Made by a program: the position numbers and the translations under genes. Shown one piece after another: positions 1-9,377 of a stretch of DNA of 48,154 nt (position 1 is its first letter; each line of letters opens with the position of its first letter). Source of the DNA: Aquificota bacterium (GTDB taxonomy: Bacteria > Thermosulfidibacterota > Thermosulfidibacteria > Thermosulfidibacterales > B14-G1); NCBI GenBank assembly GCA_015486105.1, contig WFSI01000093.1, positions 1 through 48,154 on the forward strand, written 5' to 3'. The notes beneath the pieces are model-generated. The model made no database searches. It saw only the letters and a program-made list of their open reading frames with translations, and was not told where the DNA came from.

Positions 1-144
1 TATGTCCACCACCAAGGTACCATCTTCTCTGAAGTCAATGTTACTCACCAGAGCCGGCTCAAGAAGGATCTTCTCCGTTTCCGGATCCTTCACCCTCTTG
101 AGAATGGCCGCCATTTCGTCCCGGCTGGGAACTCCTATAGTCAT
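1..144 (-). CDS. DUF59/Fe-S cluster assembly domain protein (Mrp/ApbC or SufT-like N-terminus); partial, runs off the window
   Basis: Not in the ORF track. Manual translation from the ATG at 144 gives [48 protein letters not shown], which matches the DUF59 pattern L-x-x-V-x-D-P-E. ATGA overlap with the aminopeptidase stop. Confidence 0.65.
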   Translation of the reverse strand, partial: MTIGVPSRDEMAAILKRVKDPETEKILLEPALVSNIDFREDGTLVVDI

Positions 145-1247
145 GGGAGATCCACAAACCTCCCGCCTTTATAAATAAGCCTGCCATCGGCATACACCTC
201 TCCCTGGGACATACCCTTGATGAAGTCCCAGTGAAGCCCTGACTTGTTGGTGCTCCCCGTTTCGGGATAGGCCGCCCCCGCCGCCATGTGGATGGTACCC
301 CCTATCTTTTCGTCAAAGAGGATGTTCTTGGTGAACCGCTTGATACCATCGTTTAAGCCAAAGGCTACCTCTCCCAGATAACGGGCCCCTTGGTCGGTAT
401 CTAGCATCTTATTGAGGAACTCCTCTCCCTTATCGGCCCGGGCCTCCACGATCTTCCCCCCCTTGAAGGTTAGACGCACACCGTGGACTTCCACCCCCGA
501 GTAGCAGGCGGGATAATTGAAATAGATGTGCCCCTCTACAGAGGTCTCCACGGGAGAGGTGAAGACCTCGCCATCGGGCATGTTCCTCTTACCGTCACAG
601 TTTATCCACTTGCGCCCCTTTACAGAGAGGGTGAGATCCGTTTCAGGACCTACATAGCGCAGCTCCTTCACCCCCTGGAGACGCTCCCTTATCACCTCCT
701 GACGGGCTGAGACCCCCTTCCAGTGGGCCACGGGGTCATCCTTATCCACCCCACAGGCAGCGAAGAGAAACCCCTCGTACTCCAGAAGGGACATTTCGGC
801 ATCCTGGGCAAAGGCCTGGGTGGGATAAGGCGCCAGGACCCACCCGAACTCCCCCTTCATCTCCCGCTCGTCCAGGATATCCCTGATCTCCCGCTGGGCC
901 GCCCGAGCCTTGGCCATTTTGGCAGGGTCCACATTGGTGAGCTCCCTGGTGTTGGGCTCGCTCAGAAAGGCGATGAGGCCGTTGACGGTCCGGGCCGTCA
1001 CCCGGTCTATCTCGGAGATGAAAGTGAGCTGGGCATCCTGAGCCAGGGTGTAAAAGAGGTAATTCTGCCCCTCAAAGGAAAGCCTCACCATGGGATGGGC
1101 ACCCCTGTTCAACACCTCCCGAAAACAGGCCCTCACCACAGGCTCTGCTAGGGTAGTGGCCCGGATGATCACCACATCTCCCTCCTTCACCCCCAGGGAA
1201 TACTCCACCAGCAACCTGGCCAGACGATCTATCCTCACATCCTGCAT
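141..1247 (-). CDS. Aminopeptidase, peptidase M29 (thermophilic metalloprotease / aminopeptidase T/II) family
   Basis: Motifs [32 protein letters not shown] and SGLHWD; GGAGG RBS upstream. Confidence 0.93.
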   Translation of the reverse strand: MQDVRIDRLARLLVEYSLGVKEGDVVIIRATTLAEPVVRACFREVLNRGAHPMVRLSFEGQNYLFYTLAQDAQLTFISEIDRVTARTVNGLIAFLSEPNTRELTNVDPAKMAKARAAQREIRDILDEREMKGEFGWVLAPYPTQAFAQDAEMSLLEYEGFLFAACGVDKDDPVAHWKGVSARQEVIRERLQGVKELRYVGPETDLTLSVKGRKWINCDGKRNMPDGEVFTSPVETSVEGHIYFNYPACYSGVEVHGVRLTFKGGKIVEARADKGEEFLNKMLDTDQGARYLGEVAFGLNDGIKRFTKNILFDEKIGGTIHMAAGAAYPETGSTNKSGLHWDFIKGMSQGEVYADGRLIYKGGRFVDLP

Positions 1248-1654
1248 CCCTTCACCTCCTCAGTGGATTTCAAGCCATCCCTTTCAAACTACAACAGCCT
1301 TGGCCATCCAATCAAACAGGTCCGTGGCCCTGAGTTCCAAGGGGTTCTGTCCGGATCGCAGAACCACCGCTTCCCGATAACCAAGCACAGATACTTACCG
1401 TTACAACGGTCCATGCCACCATGACCTTTGCCTCCTAAAGGCCAGTATAAACAGGCAAAAGCAACCACTGGGAATTTTCAAAAAAGGCTCGATCTTGGGG
1501 CTCTATTCACCGTATATAGATTTATGGATTGAAACCAGGTCTCTATCAGGACATAAGGGAGTAAACCCATGACAAAAGGTCTCTCGGATATAAAGGCGAC
1601 TGGACCAACAGAAAAACCCACAAAAGCAGGAAATAAAAAACGTTAAAGGGAGAT

Positions 1655-1682
1655 AATGGGCAACCCTGCAGGGTTGCCCATT
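1655..1682. repeat. Perfect 28-bp palindrome AATGGGCAACCCTGCAGGGTTGCCCATT (REP-like or terminator-like)
   Basis: Read directly: two 14-bp arms are exact reverse complements. Confidence 0.8.
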
Positions 1683-1730
1683 TTGGCAGTTTTTCGTGAC
1701 AGCCACAAACCCCAGTCAGAGCTGCGAATT

Positions 1731-1889
1731 TTATTTGTGCCAAACCACCCAATTCTCCACAGCCAGGCCGGGGGCTCGGGAGAATTCTTTCTCGTTATTG
1801 GTGACAAGAGTTAATGAGAGACTCCTGGCGTGGGCCGCTATGAAAAGATCCATGGCCCCAATAGGCTGTCCCGTCCTTTCCAGATCTAT
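1731..1889 (-). pseudogene. vapC: C-terminal fragment of a VapC/PIN-domain toxin
   Basis: Manual translation gives IDLERTGQPIGAMDLFIAAHARSLSLTLVTNNEKEFSRAPGLAVENWVVWHK*, the typical VapC C-terminal half (G-x-P-I-G-x-x-D-x-x-I-A-A-H-A...L-V-T-N-N-x-x-E-F-x-R). An in-frame TAA lies immediately upstream (1890-1892). No N-terminal half or vapB is present. Confidence 0.8.
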
Positions 1890-1957
1890 TTACACCACTT
1901 CGCAGGTGGTGTAAACAGGTATTAAACAAGCTTCTATCCCACTTCGTAGGTGGTATA
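1889..1957. repeat. Two tandem REP-like hairpins (core CCACTTCGYAGGTGGT)
   Basis: TTTACACCAC-TTCGCAG-GTGGTGTAAA at 1889-1915 has a perfect 10-bp stem. A degenerate copy CCACTTCGTAGGTGGT lies at 1939-1954. Confidence 0.7.
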
Positions 1958-1973
1958 TATGGAACCAGGACGG

Positions 1974-4382
1974 TTACTCACCCTCCAGGATCACCTGGCG
2001 GATCACCCTCACGGCCCTTTCTTTCCCATCCTCCACAGGGAGGTGCTCTTTCACCAGTTGATAGGGCTTGATAAACCCCCCCTTGACAGGCAGGGCCTTA
2101 AAGGAGAGAAGCCTCTCTTCATGACGGACCTCCAGGTCCGCCATGCCCTCCATCTGGGAGAGTCTGTCAGTCAGATCCGGGGGAAAGGGGGCAGTGAGCA
2201 CCTCCCGAGGCACCTGAAGGTGGTAATAGATAGCCTTAGCAATCTTACTTAGGGAAGGGGCACTTAAGGGAAGGGCCTCTTCCCTAATCACATCAACGCC
2301 AGGGGGCAGATCTTGATTGACTCTTTTGGCGATCTCGCCACAAGGCACAAAAGCTGTAAGGAAGAGATCGCAGGGTTCACCCAGGCTCTCTATGCCTAAA
2401 GGCAAGGCCATGGCAAAGACAACCCTCGCCTGGGGATTAAACTTTCCCCTATAGGCCAAGGGAATCTGGGCCCGCCTCAACAGGCAAGTGAAACACTGGA
2501 CAAAGTGATTGTGGCCCAATAGGGCCCCATCCCCTTTAAAAGCCAACCATACCCTGAGCCTATGACTCACATCCTTAGCAAACAGGGGGAGGGCTATCTT
2601 TCCCCTATTATCCTCAGGCAAAACATGGGCTACCCTTCCGTTACAGAGACCGCAACCCGTACAAACCTCCCGGCAGTCAGGGGTGGTTAGCCCCTTCAAG
2701 GCCCTCTCCCTCTCCCGCCATAGAAACTCCTTGGAAAAACCCATATTCACAAAATCCCAAGGGAGTGGTTCTTCCCTGGCTCGCGTCCTGTAAAGGAGAA
2801 AGGACAAATCTATTCCCACCTCCTCCATGGCGTCACGCCACAGGGAATAGTCGAAATGTTCCCCCCACTGATCAAATATGGCCCCTCTGCGATAAACAGC
2901 CTCCAAGAGCCCCTGTGTCTCCTCTCCACCTCTGGCCAACAAGGCTTCCACCAAGCTCTGGCGAGGGTTGTGAATGTTCAGGTCAATCCCCTTCCTGGGA
3001 ATGAGCCTCCTAAGCACAGCTCTCTTCCCCTCAAAGGCCTCCAGGGCATCCTGAGGGTCCCATTGAAAAGGGGTATGGGGCTTAGGCACAAACGGAGACA
3101 CAGAAACACGGAGTCGAGGTCTACGGGAAGAAGCCCTCCTGGCCCTCTCCATCACCCTGCGCACCAGGTAAGCTATAGCCTCCACGTCTTCCCAGGTCTC
3201 CGTAGGAAGACCCATCATGAAGTAAAGTTTCATGAGGTCCCAGCCAGCAGAGAACACCTTTTCCACCGTCTCCATGATTTCGTCTTCGCTGATGTTCTTA
3301 TTCACCACGTCCCTAAGGCGCTGGGTCCCTGCCTCAGGGGCCATGGTGAAACCCGTCTTTCTCACCTTTTGAATGGAGGCGATGAGGTCCCGGGTAAGGG
3401 TTCCAGAGCGAAGGGCAGGGAGAGAGAGGGAAACAAAGGACCCTTCCCCAGCCTCCATAAAGGTTTGTATGATTCTATGGATACACGAGTGATCCGTGGG
3501 AGAGAGAGAAAGAAGGGAAACCTCATTATAGCCAGTGGACTTGAGGCCCTCCTCCACCAGCTTCAAAAGGGTAGCTACACTTCTCTCCCTAACAGGTCGG
3601 TACTGATAACCCGCCTGGCAAAAACGGCATCCCCGGCTGCATCCCCGCATGATCTCCACAGTCACACGATCGTGCACGATGGGGATCCAAGGCATAAGCA
3701 CCCTACAGGGAAAAGGTACCTTCTCCAAATCCAAAACTATGCGCCGTTCAACTTCACCCCCAAAAACAGGAGACCACATTCCTTGAATCCGGGCGAGACG
3801 GTTTACCCTTTCCTCCCGGGAAGCCCCATCCCTTAAAGCCTCCAGCATCGTCTGGACTATCTCCACCTGTGCTTCCTCCGACTCCCCTACAAAAACCAGA
3901 TCCACGAAAGGAGCAATGGGGACAGGGTTCACCGTGGCCGCCCCACCCACTATAACGATGGGATCTCCCTCCCCCCTCTCTTCAGCCCGGATAGGAAGTC
4001 TGGAAAAGCGCAAGGCCTGGAGGAGGTTAGTGTAAAGGAGTTCATGGGGCAAAGACACCTCCAACACATGAAAGTCCTTGGAGGGCCTTCCCGTTTCCAA
4101 GCCCCAAAGGGGCACACCCTCCTTCTCCATGGCATCCAAGGCATCCACCCAAGGAAGATAGGCCCTGTCAGCCAAAACCCCTCCCATACCATTGAGGATA
4201 TGGTAGATAATCCTTAACCCCAGATGGGACATACCCACCTCATAGGTATCGGGAAAAAGGAGAAGGACCCTCAGGTCATTCTCCTCCCAGCCTTTGTTAT
4301 ACGAGTTCAACTCGCGGCCTAAGTAACGGCCAGGGCGCTCCAAGAGAGGTAAAAAAAATCGGAGCCCTTCTAAGGGTTTCAC
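1974..4382 (-). CDS. TIGR03960-type radical SAM protein fused to a TIGR03936/DUF2344 radical-SAM-linked domain
   Basis: FPDTYEVGMSHLG, radical SAM motif CSRGCRFC, APEAGTQRLRDVVNK, C-terminal CREVCTGCGLC, then GHNH...RRAQIPLAY.GKFNP...ALPLGIESLGE (DUF2344). Confidence 0.88.
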   Translation of the reverse strand: MKPLEGLRFFLPLLERPGRYLGRELNSYNKGWEENDLRVLLLFPDTYEVGMSHLGLRIIYHILNGMGGVLADRAYLPWVDALDAMEKEGVPLWGLETGRPSKDFHVLEVSLPHELLYTNLLQALRFSRLPIRAEERGEGDPIVIVGGAATVNPVPIAPFVDLVFVGESEEAQVEIVQTMLEALRDGASREERVNRLARIQGMWSPVFGGEVERRIVLDLEKVPFPCRVLMPWIPIVHDRVTVEIMRGCSRGCRFCQAGYQYRPVRERSVATLLKLVEEGLKSTGYNEVSLLSLSPTDHSCIHRIIQTFMEAGEGSFVSLSLPALRSGTLTRDLIASIQKVRKTGFTMAPEAGTQRLRDVVNKNISEDEIMETVEKVFSAGWDLMKLYFMMGLPTETWEDVEAIAYLVRRVMERARRASSRRPRLRVSVSPFVPKPHTPFQWDPQDALEAFEGKRAVLRRLIPRKGIDLNIHNPRQSLVEALLARGGEETQGLLEAVYRRGAIFDQWGEHFDYSLWRDAMEEVGIDLSFLLYRTRAREEPLPWDFVNMGFSKEFLWRERERALKGLTTPDCREVCTGCGLCNGRVAHVLPEDNRGKIALPLFAKDVSHRLRVWLAFKGDGALLGHNHFVQCFTCLLRRAQIPLAYRGKFNPQARVVFAMALPLGIESLGEPCDLFLTAFVPCGEIAKRVNQDLPPGVDVIREEALPLSAPSLSKIAKAIYYHLQVPREVLTAPFPPDLTDRLSQMEGMADLEVRHEERLLSFKALPVKGGFIKPYQLVKEHLPVEDGKERAVRVIRQVILEGE

Positions 4383-5446
4383 TTACCTCCACCCAAAAGG
4401 CGAGTAATATCATTGTAAAAGGCCATGGCCATGATGGCGATAATGATAATCAGACCCACCTGCTGGGCAGTTTCCTTGGCTCTGGTGCTCAAGGGTTTTC
4501 TCCTCACGGCCTCAATACCGAAAAAGAGAAGGTGCCCTCCATCAAGGATGGGAATAGGGAAGAGATTGATTACCCCCAGATTAATGCTTATGAAAGCCAT
4601 AAAAGTGAAGAGACTAACTATACCCGACTTCACCTGCTGAGAGACCATCTGAACTATGAGGATGGGTCCTCCTACACTCTTGACAGGCACCACCCTCTGA
4701 AGAATCTTTATAATCCCCACTATGGTTAGATAGACCATCCGGTAGGTGTACTCCCACCCCCTTAGCAAAGCCTTAGCGGGATTAGACCTCTCTATCCTGT
4801 AAGTCCCTGCCGCCACTATTCCAATCCTCCCCACCACCCTCTTCTCTCCAAAGATGGTGCGGGCCTTCTGGGGCTTGGGAACAATGGTGAGAACAACCCT
4901 CTTTCCCTGCCTGTCAACCACTAACCTCAGAGGTTTTCCAGGGCTTTTCTGGATCAACCTGGCCATAGATTCCCAGGAATCCACATGCCTCCCCTCTATA
5001 AGGACAACTCGGTCTCCTGACATAAGCCCCGCCTCTTGGGCCCTGGAACCCGCCATTACCTGGCCCACTACGGGCTCTAACACAGGGATTCCCCAAAGAT
5101 AAAGACCTGTCATCACCACAAGGGCAAAAAGGATATTAAACAAGGGGCCAGCTCCCACCACAGCCACCCTCACAGAAAGGGGCTTCTCATAAAAAGAAGT
5201 CCCTCTCTTCTCCTCAGGGACCTCCTCCTCTGGGTCCTCACCCACCAGCTTTACATACCCTCCTAAAGGCACCGAGGACAGGGCGTATTCCGTCCCCCCT
5301 TTTTCTACACTCCAAAGCTTGGGCCCAAAACCTATGGAAAAACGCTCCACCCCCACGCCGAAGGCCTTGGCCACGATAAAATGACCTAACTCATGGACAA
5401 AAATGAGTACTCCCAATAAGAAAATAGCTACAAGTATCCCTACCAT
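4379..5446 (-). CDS. rseP: RIP metalloprotease RseP (M50 with PDZ domain)
   Basis: HELGH zinc motif, FSIGFGP, PLGGYVK, AGPLFN and NLFPIPILDGGH. Start reassigned to the ATG at 5446, which has an AGGAGG RBS. Confidence 0.95.
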   Translation of the reverse strand: MVGILVAIFLLGVLIFVHELGHFIVAKAFGVGVERFSIGFGPKLWSVEKGGTEYALSSVPLGGYVKLVGEDPEEEVPEEKRGTSFYEKPLSVRVAVVGAGPLFNILFALVVMTGLYLWGIPVLEPVVGQVMAGSRAQEAGLMSGDRVVLIEGRHVDSWESMARLIQKSPGKPLRLVVDRQGKRVVLTIVPKPQKARTIFGEKRVVGRIGIVAAGTYRIERSNPAKALLRGWEYTYRMVYLTIVGIIKILQRVVPVKSVGGPILIVQMVSQQVKSGIVSLFTFMAFISINLGVINLFPIPILDGGHLLFFGIEAVRRKPLSTRAKETAQQVGLIIIIAIMAMAFYNDITRLLGGGK

Positions 5447-5525
5447 GTTCAACCTCCTGGACTGAGGTATTAATTGACACGTATCGGGAAAGCAAGGCGA
5501 AAACCAAACCACAAGCGATGAAAAC

Positions 5526-5554
5526 AAAAAAGGCGGACCTATCAGGTCCGCCTT
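5526..5554 (-). terminator. Intrinsic terminator after the csp genes
   Basis: AAGGCGGACCT-ATC-AGGTCCGCCTT (11-bp stem) followed by a T run on the minus strand. Confidence 0.8.
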
Positions 5555-5573
5555 ACCCTCGTCCGAAGTGATT

Positions 5574-5780
5574 TTATATCTTGCTTACTTCAGCAGCCTG
5601 GGGCCCTTTAGACCCGTCCACTACTTCGAACTCTACCTTCTGGCCCTCCATAAGAGAACGGAAACCATCCTCATGGATAGCAGTATAATGCACAAACACG
5701 TCGGTGCCTGTGTCGTCCCGGGTAATAAAACCATACCCCTTACTGTCGTTGAACCACTTCACTGTTCCTGTGTACCTCAT
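5574..5780 (-). CDS. csp: Cold-shock protein (CspA family), copy 2
   Basis: [15 protein letters not shown] (RNP1) and DVFVHY (RNP2); 68 aa from the ATG at 5780 with a GGAGG RBS. Confidence 0.96.
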   Translation of the reverse strand: MRYTGTVKWFNDSKGYGFITRDDTGTDVFVHYTAIHEDGFRSLMEGQKVEFEVVDGSKGPQAAEVSKI

Positions 5781-5964
5781 GCTACTTTCTCCTCCTACAA
5801 TTTTTGGCGCACTCACCGAAAAACCCAGAACGGTAACAACCTGAACGGGGACAAAAGAGAGATGGTGTTAATTATACGCCTTTTAGCCTCTCTTTTAGTA
5901 GGGAGAGGGAGAAAGGAGAGGAAAGAGAGTCTTAACTAATCAATTCCGCCTCCTCCCACCTCCC

Positions 5965-6171
5965 TTAAACTTTCTCTACATTAGCTGCCTGGGGCCCCTT
6001 AGCACCCTCTACTATCTCGAACTCCACTTTCTGGCCCTCTGCAAGGGAGCGGAACCCCCCCTCTTGAATGGCCGTATAATGAACAAACACGTCGGTGCCT
6101 GTGTCATCCCGGGTAATGAAACCATACCCCTTACTGTCGTTGAACCATTTCACTGTCCCTGTGTACCTCAT
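5965..6171 (-). CDS. csp: Cold-shock protein (CspA family), copy 1
   Basis: Same RNP1/RNP2 motifs; AAGGAGG RBS. Confidence 0.96.
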   Translation of the reverse strand: MRYTGTVKWFNDSKGYGFITRDDTGTDVFVHYTAIQEGGFRSLAEGQKVEFEIVEGAKGPQAANVEKV

Positions 6172-6194
6172 GCTGCTTTCTCCTCCTTACTTTG

Positions 6195-6244
6195 GTACAG
6201 ACTCCACCCTTCCATAGGATTTTTAAGGGGAAGTCAGAATGTAC
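6195..6244 (-). promoter_or_regulatory. Structured 5' leader hairpin of csp copy 1
   Basis: On the minus strand, GTACA..GACTTCCCCTT...AAGGGTGGAGTC-TGTAC forms an interrupted stem just upstream of the RBS. Confidence 0.4.
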
Positions 6245-6469
6245 TTTTGGTGCTCAAAAACTCTCCTTTCTCCCTAATGCTGGGGGCATAGGAGCACACC
6301 TCAAAAGAGAAGTCAACAGGAAAATTCATGAAAATAGACTCTTTATAAACATAGCAAAGCTAACCAGCTTAAAAATAAAGATAAAGCCTGTAAAAATTTT
6401 TATCCCCTGGACCCCAAGAAGCCTTATTTCTGTGGCTTCCTTCCCAAAGGAGTGCTATAAAGACACCCC

Positions 6470-7252
6470 ATGCGGGAAAGGCTAACAATTATCGTACCTA
6501 CCTTCAATGAGGAGGAAAATCTCCCTCAGTGCTTGGAAAGCGCACAGTGGGCTGATGAAATCATGGTGGTAGACTCAGGAAGCACAGACGCCACATTGAA
6601 AATTGCTCAAACATACACCCACCGCATCCTCCAACACGAATACGTAAACTCTGCCACCCAAAAAAATTGGTCCATACCCCAGGCCACCCACCCCTGGGTC
6701 ATGATAGTAGATGCCGACGAAAGGGTAACACCCCCACTGAGGAAAGAGATAGAAGAGATACTCCATAGACCCCAGCACCAGGGGTATTCTATTGGAAGAC
6801 TCAATCACTTCTTGGGATACCCCTTGCGCCACGGAGGTTGGAGCCCCAAAGAAGACAGGAATATACGCCTATTCATGAGGGACAAGGGGAGATACGAAGA
6901 TAAAGAGGTACATGCCGATGTATTGGTTCAAGGAACGGTGGGACACCTCACTCATCCCCTCATCCATTACTCTTACCGGACATTGGATCAATACTTCAAA
7001 AAGATGGACCGATACACCCAATGGGCAGCCATGGACATCATAAAAAGGGGAAAACCTGTCAGGTGGCACCACGTCACCATCCGGCCCCTGGGAGACTTTA
7101 TAAGGCTCTACTTTATGAAACTGGGTTTACTGGACGGCCTTCCTGGTCTCATTATTGCCTTGCTTTCAGCTTATTACGTAATGGTCAAATATTCCAAGGC
7201 TTGGGAAATAGAAAAATCCTCCTTGACAAGAGGAGAGAAAACCCAGTATTAG
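6470..7252 (+). CDS. Glycosyltransferase family 2 (WaaE/KdtX-like LPS beta-1,4-glucosyltransferase type)
   Basis: [21 protein letters not shown] motif, VHA..., HYSYR and GLLDGLPGL. Confidence 0.88.
   Translation: MRERLTIIVPTFNEEENLPQCLESAQWADEIMVVDSGSTDATLKIAQTYTHRILQHEYVNSATQKNWSIPQATHPWVMIVDADERVTPPLRKEIEEILHRPQHQGYSIGRLNHFLGYPLRHGGWSPKEDRNIRLFMRDKGRYEDKEVHADVLVQGTVGHLTHPLIHYSYRTLDQYFKKMDRYTQWAAMDIIKRGKPVRWHHVTIRPLGDFIRLYFMKLGLLDGLPGLIIALLSAYYVMVKYSKAWEIEKSSLTRGEKTQY
7223..7252 (+). promoter_or_regulatory. Candidate sigma70 promoter for the IclR gene
   Basis: TTGACA (7223-7228), an 18-nt spacer, then TATTAG; an AT-rich tract follows. Confidence 0.35.
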
Positions 7253-7288
7253 AACAGAAAAATAAATTATGTTTGGAAGGAGAAAGCC

Positions 7289-8107
7289 ATGGGGAAAAGG
7301 GCTAAATCAGATTATCTCATTCAATCCGTCTCCAACGCATGTGACATTATGGAATGTTTCTCCATAGAGGAGGATGAGCTGGGCACCACCGAGCTTGCCA
7401 GAAGATTAGGCCTCCATAAGAACAACGTTCAGAGACTATTAGCCACTTTAGAGTACAGGGGATACGTGGAACAATCCAAAATCTCGGGCAACTATAGGCT
7501 GGGACTCAAGGTCTTTGAATTAAGCCAGGTCTATACAAAACACCTTTACCTCTTCAAGCAAGCCAGAACTATCCTTGAAAAGGTCCAGGAGAAATGCAAC
7601 GAGACCACCTATGTAGGAGACCTGAGAGGGGAGTACGTAGTATATCTCATGTCTGAAGAAACCAGCAGATCAGTAAGGGTGGTCTCTAGAGTAGGGGCCC
7701 GCTTTTACCCCCACGCCACAGCTTTGGGAAAAGCCATTTTGGCATTCCTCACCCCGGAGCAGCTGGATGCCATTTACCCCCAGGAGGAGCTCCCCTCCTT
7801 CACCCCCAACACCATAGCTAACAAAAAAGCCCTCATACATCACTTAGAAGAAATCCGGGAAAAAGGCTATGCCTTGGACTTGGAGGAACAAGAAGAAGGG
7901 GTAAGGTGCATAGGAGTTCCCCTTTTCGATCATACCTTAAGGGTGATAGGAGGACTATCCATATCAGGGCCCATAACCCGTTTTAGCGAGGATCGCTTGG
8001 AAAATGAACTCATCCCTCAAGCCATAGAAGCAGGCCAGGAGCTATCCCAACGCCTGGGCTATGGTATAGGGAAAAAGATCAGCAAGCTCGTGGGCGAACT
8101 GATTTAG
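7289..8107 (+). CDS. IclR-family transcriptional regulator
   Basis: N-terminal HTH (ELARRLGLHKNNVQRLLATL...YRLG), HATALGKAILA and GYALDLEEQEEGVRCIG. Confidence 0.93.
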   Translation: MGKRAKSDYLIQSVSNACDIMECFSIEEDELGTTELARRLGLHKNNVQRLLATLEYRGYVEQSKISGNYRLGLKVFELSQVYTKHLYLFKQARTILEKVQEKCNETTYVGDLRGEYVVYLMSEETSRSVRVVSRVGARFYPHATALGKAILAFLTPEQLDAIYPQEELPSFTPNTIANKKALIHHLEEIREKGYALDLEEQEEGVRCIGVPLFDHTLRVIGGLSISGPITRFSEDRLENELIPQAIEAGQELSQRLGYGIGKKISKLVGELI

Positions 8108-9377
8108 CCGCAAAGAGATTTATTATCCCTATAGGAGTGGGGTCTATCACCCTCACCCTTCTGTGAAGAGCAGCAGCTACGTCTTTGGAAGTAAGGTCAT
8201 CCAGGAATAGACCATCATCATTGAGGACCACTGAAGGAATGATCACCTCTCCCGCTGGAGCATCCTTCACCCCCTCAATGATGTCCATGCCAGAAAGGAG
8301 CCCCGCCACAGTCACATGATCACCAAAGAGCCTGTTCTTTATAGCCACCACATAGCTCTTTTCCTTCAGGGGGGAACTTTCTATGCAGGCCGCAAGGTAA
8401 GGGGCAAAAGCCTCCCCCGTGATAAAAATAAAGGGGGTAAAAATCTGAAAACCAGAAAAATCTAATTTTTCCCACTCATGAAGGAAAAAAGGGACCATAC
8501 CCACCCCGTCCTCCCACTGGGGGAAATCCCCATAGTGATCCAAAGAAGGAAAAGGAAGACCAGCTTTTATGTACCACTCATCGGAGAGAAAGAGGAAGGG
8601 AGAACCCACCTTACGTGAGGCCTCCTTCTGCATGGAGGAAGCCTTACGAACAAAATCCCTGGCATACTCCTCAGTTACAGGGACCAAGGGATAAAGCCCA
8701 TGGCGAAACCGGGTAATACCCACAGGAACAACGGCCATGGACATCACATGGGGATAAAGGGGAACCACATCACCCACGGTTTTTTCAAACACCCTACCAT
8801 CGTTGATTCCTGGACAAATGACCACCTGGAGATGGACCTTTATCCCTAAGGAGACTAATCTCTTGAGGCGGCTGTAGCCATGAGCCCCCTCGAGAGTACC
8901 CATCAAAAAGGACCTCACTTGGGGATCCGTAGCGTGAAGGGAGACATAGAGAGGTGAAAGGTGCTGTTCCTCCAAACGCCGCCAATCCTTTTCCCTCAAA
9001 TTAGTAAGGGTAATATAGTTGCCATGAAGAAAGGAGAGACGATAGTCATCGTCTTTAAGGTAGAGGGAATGCCTCATGCCCGACGGCATCTGGTCCATAA
9101 AACAGAAGATGCACTTGCAGGAACATTTCTTAGGGACAATATCCTCCAGAATTAAGCCCAAATCCTCCCCGGGTCGTCTCCCGATTTCCACCTCCCACAC
9201 CTCACCCCGAGCCTTCTCCACCAAAATCTCCAGCACCTCTTCCCCTGAGGTAAGGAAATGAAAATCCAACCAATCATTAACCTCCCTACCGTTTATCTGA
9301 AGAATTTTATCCCCCTCCTCCAGACCCACCTCAAAAGAGATGGAGTTAGGGGAAATACCCTTAATTACAAGGGCCAT
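8079..9377 (-). CDS. PDZ-domain radical SAM protein (DUF512/TIGR03279 family)
   Basis: N-terminal PDZ-like segment (GLEEGDKILQING), CSCKCIFC, KDDDYRLSFLHGNYITLTN, QWEDGVG and VTVAGLL. Confidence 0.88.
   Translation of the reverse strand: MALVIKGISPNSISFEVGLEEGDKILQINGREVNDWLDFHFLTSGEEVLEILVEKARGEVWEVEIGRRPGEDLGLILEDIVPKKCSCKCIFCFMDQMPSGMRHSLYLKDDDYRLSFLHGNYITLTNLREKDWRRLEEQHLSPLYVSLHATDPQVRSFLMGTLEGAHGYSRLKRLVSLGIKVHLQVVICPGINDGRVFEKTVGDVVPLYPHVMSMAVVPVGITRFRHGLYPLVPVTEEYARDFVRKASSMQKEASRKVGSPFLFLSDEWYIKAGLPFPSLDHYGDFPQWEDGVGMVPFFLHEWEKLDFSGFQIFTPFIFITGEAFAPYLAACIESSPLKEKSYVVAIKNRLFGDHVTVAGLLSGMDIIEGVKDAPAGEVIIPSVVLNDDGLFLDDLTSKDVAAALHRRVRVIDPTPIGIINLFAAKSVRPRAC

Noticed and set aside
1537-1597. 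Degenerate direct repeat AGGTCTCT...GGA(C/T)ATAA
   Set aside because: Two short imperfect copies only, which cannot be distinguished from chance.
1503-1914. ORF-track calls 1503-1706, 1546-1752 and 1696-1914
   Set aside because: No motifs or RBS; 1696-1914 is the antisense shadow of the vapC fragment.
1889-1957. Possible mini CRISPR array
   Set aside because: Only two short, non-identical units and no cas genes in the window.
2856-3836. 326-aa plus-strand ORF and the many other antisense or shadow ORFs in the track
   Set aside because: They lie opposite or out of frame within well-supported genes and show no recognisable motifs.
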